Below are positions 28,190 through 38,155 of a stretch of DNA of 64,000 nt, in pieces. The stretch is taken from the NCBI GenBank assembly GCA_002269645.1, contig NIVC01002697.1, positions 1 to 64,000 of the forward strand, given 5' to 3'. Source of the DNA: Macrostomum lignano (taxonomy: Eukaryota). Position 1 is the first letter of the stretch, and the number at the start of each line of letters is the position of its first letter. The notes under the pieces are model-generated. The model was not told where the DNA came from and searched no databases. It saw only the letters and a list, made by a program, of their open reading frames with translations. Position numbers and translations under genes: made by a program.

Positions 28190-31100
28190 TCAGCCACTTG
28201 CAGAGAACTCACTCTCCGCAGCCTCATCGACCACCTGATCTCTCGCATAGCCAGCTGATGCTGCACTTAAAGAACAGCGACGACAAGCCGAATCGCTGGC
28301 GTCCATAGCAACAGTTGCCATGGCTGGTTCGCCAGCTGCAGCATCGCAGTTTGCTAACTGATTGTGAGCCTGGGCCTGAGCTGTCGGCAGCTCAATCGGC
28401 TGCCGGTCCTCGCTAATGATGCTGATGCTCTTGCCGTCTGGGTCCCTGGACGGTGCGACGGTTATTTGCCATCGGAAATGTACTTTTATGACTTCTAGGA
28501 CGTCTACGTACATATAAATGCCAAGTATCGCTTTGATAAATATTAACCCAACCCACCTTAAGAAAGACGATGCAAGCAGCCTATTCAGCTGCGTACTAAC
28601 CATAACCAACTTTGCTTAACTTTGCTTTGCCGGCGATTATCCAACTTAACTAAAAACCTGACTATTGAAATAAGATGATAGAAGCGTAGATACCAGAATA
28701 ACTAGATATGGCCACTCTGCACATTTGCGTGTAAGCTACTGTCAGTTTAGTAGTAAGTTAAATAGGAAGCATTTTAACGTATTATTAAAGACAGGCGCTC
28801 ATTTATAGCCCTCTTACCCACTTAGCTTGACCCAGCCAACCGCGTTTTTCCACACAAAAATCTCTACCCCCGCTCTCCGACCCAGCCTAATTACCCATTA
28901 TGTAATTCTTATTGGCGCTGGATAATGTACATGCAATCTTCCTTGCTATTGAACTGAAAGCAGATAAACTGTTATACCAAGCCAATACGAGCTTATCCCT
29001 ATTTCACCCTAAGTAATTTATATGACACAGATATTATGAATAATTATAAACGATTTGATACCCTTCTGATAGTAGAAATTTAAGGAAAAACATTCAATCA
29101 AAAACATGTCTTCAATACTCTACTGATAATAGAAATATAAGAAAAATACGTTGAATCTAAATTTAATGTCTTAAATACTCTACTGATAGTAGAAATATGA
29201 GTAAAATACGTTAAATCTAAAGTATGATGTCTTCAATACTCTACTGATAGTAGAAATATAAGGAAAATACGTTAAATCTAAAACATAATGTCTTTAATAC
29301 TCTACTGATAGTAGCAATATCATATTTTCACTCGTATAAATCAGCCACGACGCAACAATAATACTTGGATAGCCCGGCAACTCACCGACCGCCCGCAATG
29401 CTGCCAGTCAGTCCCAGCATGCTCGCATCGTTAGTGTCCACGGTGTACACAGACAGAGAGCAACTGCGCTTATCGTCCAGCGATTCAAAGCTGCCAACGC
29501 GACAGCCAGTGGCAGCAGCTGATGCTCCTGTTGCCGAGTTGGCATTGGAACAGTGCTGATTATAGGCCAGGACTTCTGCTTGAGTCGTCTGCTGCTGATG
29601 ATGATGATGCTGATGATGCTGCTGCTGGTGACATCTTGACGATGAAGATGCGGGATGGCGCTGCCGGCCGGAGCTGCAGCCGCTGGCAACGAGGCTGAAG
29701 GATACGATAGAATTGGACCCGTCGGACTGCTGGTCCGGCAGCAGCAGCGGGCCGTGCGACTCGTCCTCCCATTGCTGCTTTTTCAGTTTCTGTTGCAGAT
29801 TCTGTTTTTTCTGCTGCTGCAGGGCGACCGCGGCGGCCGAGGCGGCGGCACCGGCGGCGGCACCGGCGGCGGCAACTTTGGCTTCGCGGCCGGAGGACAC
29901 CAGCACCAGGCTAATGGACTCCTCGGTCTGCGCGTCCGCCTGCGAGCAGCCGCTGGCCAGATCGCGTTCTACAGATGCCGCCGGGGCCACGGCGCCTGAT
30001 GTCGAGCCGGCGGCGGATGAGTTCCCGCCGGCGCCGCCTCCGCGATGCCCCGCCATCAGGTCTACGACGGGCCTTGAGCCGCTCCGACTGCTGAACGACA
30101 GGCCCTGGTCGGCATCCGCAGTGCCGTGGAGCTCCATGTCTTCGTCGTCGTCTTCGGGATCCTCGTCCTGCAGGATGCCGCAGCCGTTGGCGCGGCACAG
30201 CGAAACGGGGACCACGCCGTACACGTAGGCCAGCAGGATCGGCACCGACACTCCCACGCTGAGCACCGCGACTACCGGCGATAGGAGGGCGCTGCCGCAC
30301 ACAGCCACGGTTACCAGGCAGTGCCGTCTGGCCCGGCTGCGCTGCTTGGGGCAGAGGGGTTGCTGGGATTCGGGTGACTGAGGCTGATTGATTCAGGTGA
30401 CTGAGGCTGATTGATTCAGGTGACTGAGGCTGATTGATTCGGTGACTGAGGCTGATTGATTCAGGTGACTGAGGCTGAATGATTCAGGTGACTGAAGCTG
30501 ATTGATTCAGGTGACTGAAGCTGATTGATTCAGGTGACTGAGGCTGATTGATTCAGGTGACTGAGGCTGATTGATTCAGGTGACTGAGGCTGATTGATTC
30601 AGGTGACTGAGGCTGATTGATTCGGTGACTGAGGCTGATTGATTCAGGTGACTGAGGCTGATTGATTCAGGTGACTGAGGCTGATTGATTCGGTGACTGA
30701 GGCTGATTGATTCAGGTGACTGAGGCTGATTGATTCGGTGACTGAGGCTGATTGATTCAGGTGACTGAAGCTGATTGATTCAGGTGACTGAGGCTGATTG
30801 ATTCAGGTGACTGAGGCTGATTGATTCAGGTGACTGAAGCTGATTGATTCAGGTGACTGAGGCTGATTGATTCAGGTGACTGAGGCTGATTGATTCAGGT
30901 GACTGAGGCTGATAGATTCAGGTGACTGAGGCTGGTAGATTTAGGTGACTGAGGCTGATAGATTCAGGTGACTGAGGCTGATAGATTCAGGTGATGACTG
31001 AAGCTAATAGATTTAAGTGGCTGAAGCGGAGCTGAAGGATCGGGGATCGAAGCGGAACTGAAGGATCGGGGATTGAAGCGGAGCTGAAGGATCGGGGATT

Positions 31101-32619
31101 GAAGCGGAGCTGAAGGATCGGGGTTGAAGCGGAGCTGAAGGATCGGGGATTAAAGTACACCACAGCACTCACCCGAAGCAGTCCATCGCCCCGCTTCAGT
31201 CTATTGTTAGCCTGCTGACCAACCCAGACCGGGACACCCATTGTGATGGCTGGCACAGCCAGGCCGGCCAGCAGTGCTATACCAATGGGAGCGCCAATCA
31301 GAGTTCCCAGCTGCCATAGGATTTTCTTCTTCCTAGACCAGGGTTTCTTGCCCCAGAAGGTGCAGCCGCTGGGGCTGAGATAGTGCAGGTCCGTGATCTC
31401 CTTCCGGCATAGCCAGCAGAACTCCGAGCCGCACATCTTGCAGCGCATGTGGTTGCAGCTGCCGTCATTCTCCTTAGTAATGTAGGTGGCGCAGCGGGGG
31501 CACTGCTTGATTTCAGCGATGGACTCGGAGCGCGAGGACAGGGACAGGATGTCCGCGCCAGCCCTGGCGGCCGCCAGCACCTCGGCCGTCTGGCGCTCGA
31601 TCCTGGCCTGCTCGCACGTGGTGGTGGGATGCCATTCGGTCTTGCAGTGGTAGCAGAACTGGATGCGGCAAACCGGGCACTCGAGTTGGGGACAGCTGGC
31701 GCAGCCAGTGGCGATGACCGCGTATCTGCGATGGGGAAGCAGGCCAGTGCGAACCGCCGCGGTGAGAATGGGTTGCTTACAGGTGCACTGAGCAACTGAG
31801 GATCTGGGAGGCTGGTGGCCCAGCAACTGAGGATCTGGGAGGCTGGCCCAGCAACTGAGGATCTATAAGGCTAGCTCAGCAATTAAGGATCTGGGAGGCT
31901 GGAGGTGGCCCAGCAACTGAGGCTGAGAGGGGAAAATTCTGCAGATCGAAGGCAGAAAACAGCCACATCGCTCACTTGCAGTCGGGCGCCGGGCACCAGC
32001 GACAGTCAGGATCGGCAGCCAGCACGCGGCGCAGGGTGAACTGCTCGTACTTCAGCCGGAGCCGCTCCTCGTCAACGATGGAATCGACATCGGCCGGGTG
32101 CAGCCGGTTGTTGCAGGACAGGCAGGTGGCCGGCAGGCCCTCGGAGATGCAGAGGCGCAGGCTGGTGCGCAGGCAGGCGTGGCAGGCGAAGTGGTCGCAG
32201 TCCAGCAGCATAGGAGGGAACTGGGCCAGCGGCAGGCTCTCAGTGCACACCGGACACTCTACCAGGCCGGCGATGTCCGCGAATGCAGCGGCTGGACTTC
32301 GGCGCTGCTCGGGGCATCCGGATGCGATCGAGTCGCTTGACGCTGAATTAGCGGCAGCGGCAGCGGCGGCCGTGGACAATCCTGAAGGTCCGGGGACAGC
32401 GACGCTGCTGCTGCTGGCTGGGCCTGACAGTGCTGAAGCTGTTGACTTTTTGGACCGCTTTCTGCTGCCTCCGCTGCCGCTGCCGCCAATCTGACGAAAG
32501 AAGTCGCGCATTGCAAAGACAACAGAGCCTCTGCCACCGCCGCCGCCGCCGACATTATCAGCAGTGCTGCTGCCTGCTGGCCCTCCTCCGCCGCGACTGC
32601 GTCGACAGGAGCGCGACAT
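28190..32619 (-). CDS. RNF19: RBR E3 ubiquitin ligase, RNF19A/B (Dorfin)-like. Exons 32619-31976, 31725-31173, 30341-29386, 28445-28190
   Basis: RING1 ([18 protein letters not shown]), IBR ([26 protein letters not shown]|[23 protein letters not shown]) and RING2 ([30 protein letters not shown]). These are followed by the RNF19-diagnostic [34 protein letters not shown] and two TM segments ending [18 protein letters not shown] phases 2/0/2 are consistent. Confidence 0.95.
28685..28765. mobile_element. Solo terminal fragment of the P-like MITE family
   Basis: CGTAGATACCAGAATAACTAGATATGGCCACTCTGCACATTTGCGTG...AGTAGTAAGTT closely matches the reverse complement of 19115-19190. Confidence 0.65.
29060..29320. 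repeat. About 60-bp AT-rich tandem repeat, each unit carrying the hairpin TCTACT-GAT-AGTAGA
   Basis: 4-5 copies visible in RNF19 intron 3. Confidence 0.75.
30372..31150. repeat. 23-bp minisatellite (GGTGACTGAGGCTGATTGATTCA, 30372-30990) plus a 26-bp unit (31020-31150), filling RNF19 intron 2
   Basis: Direct periodicity. Confidence 0.95.
31790..31925. repeat. Degenerate copy of the 28-bp minisatellite in RNF19 intron 1
   Basis: GAGGATCTGGGAGGCTGG..CCCAGCAACT units. Confidence 0.85.
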
Positions 32620-33967
32620 TGGTTGGCGTGGCTGGAGGCTTAAATAGAAGCCACGCAACTGCTTAATACTAGCTAACCAGTTGACAAGTGCAAGCAAAAA
32701 CTAAGTGGCACTCTCTGCAGTCAGTTTATATAAGAAGACTGCACTGCGCTGTGGTGCAAGATTATACAATACAGATAAGCCAAGTTGCTTCTAGGTGCAT
32801 GTTGGCTTTGGTGGAAATGGCAGTTCTATTATGCTACTCATTTTTAAACCTAAAAACTAGTTGATATGCTCATATTATCAATACTACTTTAAAAATTAGT
32901 TGATATGCTCATATTATCGATACTACTTTAAAAATTAGAGACTTTGTCAAAGAAAAGCTTAATAAATACAACAAAAATTAATTCTATTGTTTTTAACAAC
33001 TAAATTATGGCAAAAGCTCAAGAAGTATACAACAACAAAGATTATACTAGCTTTCTTTCATTGTTGTTTTGCCTTTTTGCCATATTATATTTTTGTTTTT
33101 TTATTGTTGGTATTAATTTTGGAAGTTACCCCTGATTTACTATAATTTATACAGCAAGATTGGCTTGTAGTTTTATATAAATATATGCTAACAATAGTAA
33201 CTAGGTGTCTATATAATAATATATACTATTCAACAATATTCCTTTTGGTAAAAAAATTAAATTAGATGTTTAATTTAATAGATGTAAATAAAATTATAGA
33301 GAAATCATAAAAATTATAATTTTTAATCATACATGTGCAACACATAGCTGACTTAGCCAATCTGCCAGCTAGCAAGGGGCCTAGTCAAGGTAAGTCAAAA
33401 ATGCCCACCCAAGAAAATAGACATAGTACTAATTAGATAATAAGACATTTAGCCTAATAAGACAATCATAGTTAGTCTTTGTTTACCCAAAATTGCATAT
33501 AAATTTTCTTTAGAGTTTCTTCCATAGGTAAGTCATATTTTTGGTCAAAAAGTAAGTTGCACAACCAGTATAAATCAGGGATTTTGTATATTTGTATTTT
33601 TATAAGGCTATGCAACATCTTGGCAAAGTATTATAATATTTTAGCAAAGTTATTTTTGAGGGCTTAAACAAAAAGATGGCCATATAAAAATACTATCTAT
33701 AATTTTTTTTAATATTTTTTAATTAAGAAAAATAAGCATTTAAAGTACCAATTAAAAAGGAATCTATCTCAAAAGGTTTTATACTTTTTATTATACAGTA
33801 TAATTTTTATGCCTATAGGCCATAGGGCCTAATGCCATAGTATCACTGTTATAAATATAATATATAAATTTAGTATATTTAGTTAAAATGATCAAAAGAT
33901 ATCATTCATACTAGAAGTTTCTAGTGTGCATTTGGTTAAGTAAATATTATGAATTTAGTGTTAGCAT

Positions 33968-34370
33968 TAGAGGTTGGATGGGATCCCGATCCCAATCCCA
34001 AAATCTTGAGATCCCAAGGAAAATTGGATTCCCGCGGGACTAGAATCCCAACCCTAAAAAACATGAGAAATGGGAACAGGTCTTTTGATTAAAAATTTAT
34101 AGAATTAGTGATTACTTGAATGTATTTTGTTTTACCTTGTACTTATTATATTATTAATTTGTTGGTTATAAAACTTTGCATCAATTTTGTTGTATTCTAC
34201 TTTTTGATCTTGACATTTTTAGCTCAATTTTGTTTAACTTTATATGGACCTACAAGCTACAATACACTAAAAGACCTGATCCCAATTCCTGAATCCTGAT
34301 CCCAATCCCAATCCTAAGAAAAAAATTATTCCCAATCCCGATCAAAGATTTCAATCCCATCCGACCTCTA
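33968..34370. mobile_element. hAT-type MITE (403 bp)
   Basis: 17-bp TIR TAGAGGT(T/C)GGATGGGAT; perfect 8-bp TSD GTTAGCAT (33960-33967, 34371-34378); subterminal ATCCC repeats. Confidence 0.92.
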
Positions 34371-35819
34371 GTTAGCATTTACTCAAAATGACTCAACATG
34401 ATCTAGAGTAAGTGGAATATGGTATTTGGTCTAGAACACTATTAATTTTCTAACAAATCATCAATATATTTAGTTTAGAGATAAAGTTTGCTATTTATCA
34501 TAAATTTTATGATTGACATTATAAAAGACAAAAACAAAATTAAAAAACTGGTTTTATGTAAAAAATGGACTAAGAACTATGCTGCTTTTACTAATGTAAT
34601 GCCATTGTCTTTGAGATTTGTAATTGACATTGGCATTCTGAATTTGAGAATGATAGGCCCTAGGCCTACCAAATTGAATATAAAAATGTAGCCAATGGTC
34701 TTTGTATCATTTTTATGGCAATAAACCTAGCTTAACTGCTTAACAGACTGTTACTGTTACAGACATTATTTTTTATATTAATATTTTATTGTAGACAGGT
34801 CAGTAGGCCCAATTATATTTTTTGTACATTCGTTCTGATTATTAAAAGACAATCCTCTACGTCTACAAAAGTATTTTGGGACACTATAGAAGTGACGGAC
34901 GGTGGTTATGAAGTTATAAACATGTTGCCAGTGTGCGTAGTATTTAGAACTGTGTATATTCATTGTCTGTCACTAGTGCCAGCGAGTATTCGAGTAGGCC
35001 TAAATCGATCGATCGAATCGAATATTAAACAACAAAACATATTTTCTAAGAAGCAGTGTAAGTTGAACGCCTGCAGAAAAACAGTGATGGAAGTACAACA
35101 AAAGTTGTCTTTTTTCTTACCTGTATACAGCTATGTATTGTAACGAAATTTGTTAGAGGCCTATAGAATTTAATATGCGGTAGCTTTGTCTGGATACAAA
35201 GACGTTATGCTTTGATTAATTAAAATTTAGTTAAGCTGTTTAGGAAGCAGCAAGCAGCTTCTTTTATCAGATTTTACAAGCTTCTTTTATCTAGTACGTC
35301 AGCTTTGAAATTCTACGTTTCTAGCTGCTATATACTTGTAACGAGAACTAGTTTAAGCTGAAACTTTGAGCGTAAACTGAATTATGTGTGGAGAAATATG
35401 AGTAAGTGTGTTCGAAATGATACCAATATACATGTACATGTACAGCTGCAGACCAAAAGACCAACATGTACTACACTATTATACTACAGTCGTCCTTGCT
35501 GCAGATTCGGGCAAAAACGATCCATCAATTCCTCAGGCGCTACGTGTGCCTCGACGTTTCAGCCTTCTTAGCTGCAGACCCGTCGCGTCTTTATTAGTTC
35601 TCTAACAGTACATGTATAGAGAAATGCTTGATCTTACATTACATATGAATTCATAGGGACATAACCAAAAGCAAGAAAATAATTAATGTCTATGGAAAAT
35701 ACGTCGAAGTACTCGTATCTACTGTTAACTCTTATATTTTGAAAAAAGGATATAGCCTTTATAGCTAGCTTTCGTCTTTCTCCAAAAAAGCTGCAACTCA
35801 CCCAATCGCGCAACTCACC

Positions 35820-37288
35820 ATGCAGCCATCAATGTCGCCGATGACGCATCAGCAATACCACTGTGCCAGCCCGATGGATGACGATGCCTACGATGACGAA
35901 GACAACAGCTACCAGCCTCCGATGAGGCCGATGGATAGCGGCGATCACAGTATGGAGCCTCACAAGATCTACAAATCGAAGAAGTCGGCATCAGTTGTCA
36001 CTTCCAGCTGCAGGCGCCAACATCTGCAGCAGAAACAGCAACAGCCTCAGCAGTGGCAGCAGCAGCAGCAGTTCCACCAGAGACAGACCGCATTGTCAAG
36101 GATGCATCAGCAGCAGCCATCCGATATGCAAGCCCAGCAAACGCAGCGAACCTGCAGTAAAGTTCCAGTCGAGTACGTCAGCGCCAATGACCCAATAGGA
36201 CCGTCTTCAAATGAAGAGAGCGACTGCAGCTCATTGGAGAATCCTCCACTAGAAGTTCGGGTAAGTACGTGTAAATCAGATGCAGTTTGCATTTACACTG
36301 AAGCGGGAAATATCTGTGCTCCTAACCTCTAACCTAACCTCTGCAGGCTCCGAAGCGACACCCGAATGTCTCAGAAGATGCCATCAGAAGCTGTGGCAAC
36401 AGCCGCCTCCATCACCAGCAGCAGATTTCCATGTACGATCAGAGTCCCCAGCCCAGAGCCACTGGCGGCAAACAGTCTCGCAGCAGGCAGCAGCAACAGC
36501 AAATGGAGATGCAAATTCAGCAGCAGAAGCCGCAGAGACCCAATAAGGCCAGCATGGGTTGCGCACACAAGCAGAGTCAGCGATCGTGTAAGGTACCGGT
36601 TCCAGACACCTGCATGCAGCAACCGCAGACCACTACCGGCAGACACCGGGCCGATCCGACTGCGCTAAGCGCTCAGTTCGACGAGCCTCAAAGCACCTTG
36701 TACGGCCGCAGCCTCACCGTCACAGCCGACGGCAAGCCGCAGTTGCGTCGTCAGCAGCAGCAGCGACTGCCGCAGGTGCCGTCCATGATGCAGCAAGAGG
36801 CAGCTGAGTTCTGCCGTCAGCAGCAGCAACCTCAGCAGCACCAGCGCGTTGGCAAGATGACGACTGAATACCAGCCGACAGTCTTCTCATCAAGCACTAA
36901 GTTGAACTCCAGCATCCCGATGCTCTCGTCTGGGGATCAGGGCCAGGATGCCAGCTTCTCTGAGCCTCAGCCTCAGCAACAATACCAGCAGCACCACACC
37001 AACAGCAGCAACGATTTCCAGCAGGTGGTGGTCAGCCGGCTGAATCTGATGCTGGAGCTGGTCGGCTGTGGCCAGTGCGAGTCGTGCCAGTGCTCCAAGA
37101 CCAGCCAACAGTCGTCCTGCCTGGCTTCCGCTGGCTCGATGCATCACCAGGTGACAACGGAGCCGCATCAGGCTCAGCAGGTGATTCGGGCCTCCCTGCC
37201 AGGCTGCCTTGGCGGCGGCAGGCCGCTGATGCCGACTTCAGTAGCGCCTGGACGTCGCTCAGGACGTCGCGTGCGGGAGCAACTGTAG
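35820..37288 (+). CDS. Gln-rich, low-complexity hypothetical protein (about 460 aa). Exons 35820-36260 and 36347-37288
   Basis: Two GC-rich open frames are joined in phase 0 by an 86-nt intron (CGG|GTAAGT ... CTAAC..CTGCAG|GCT). PolyQ runs and codon style match the other genes here. No recognisable domain; the start codon is uncertain. Confidence 0.6.
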
Positions 37289-38155
37289 CTCCTGAGACTT
37301 CTTTCCCTGCAGAGATTCCCAACAGAAGAGAGGCGACCATAGCAGCCTCTCTGGCATACAGTAGCAGCTTTTGAATGCCTCTGCACTCGGTTTCTCCTCA
37401 GTTTTTACTGTCGATCACCCACTCGTATTTTTCATGCAGTAGAGTGTCCAGTGTCTGTGCAATGCTAACCTCCTTGATGTCGCTGCAGTGACACAATATG
37501 TGAGGCCATGCCTCTCAGAACTGTATTTTACATTTAAACACCGATAAATAAATAAATAAGAAGGCCCAGATTATTTTGCAAGAATTTTTTAATTCAGAGA
37601 TTTTTTCAATTCATTGTTTTTTTACTGTCGAAATGCCCGAGTACCAGGAAAGTATGGAGGTCTAGAATATTCTACTGCAAGTAGTCTTGATGAACTATGG
37701 AAAATTCAAATTTAAGCTTTTCCCGAGCAATTGAAGATTAAGTGGACATTTTATAACTTTTATCATGGAACTTTATCCTGGCTAGTATCTTTTTTAGTTT
37801 CTCGGAATCTCAGTGCGGATAAAACAGAAGTGCTTTATAGCTCTTCGTCTATATCCTGTAAATTTCTTCTAATACATTAGAATTTATGTATTAGTGTATT
37901 TTGAATGACAACTTGAATGAATAAAAGAATCAGACAGGAAATGTGTCATGCATCTGTAGTGTTATCTGATCTCAAACAATGGCCGCACAAGCTTATTATA
38001 TTTTTGCTGATGGTTCCTGGTTGAACTTTCTGTGGCAGAGCGCAAAGATTGTAGCGTTATTTATCGATAGATTGACAGTTTTTTCATCCAACACCGCCTT
38101 AACCGTGTTCAGTCGACGAAATCCTTACATGGCAGATGGAATTACCAGTAGTCGT

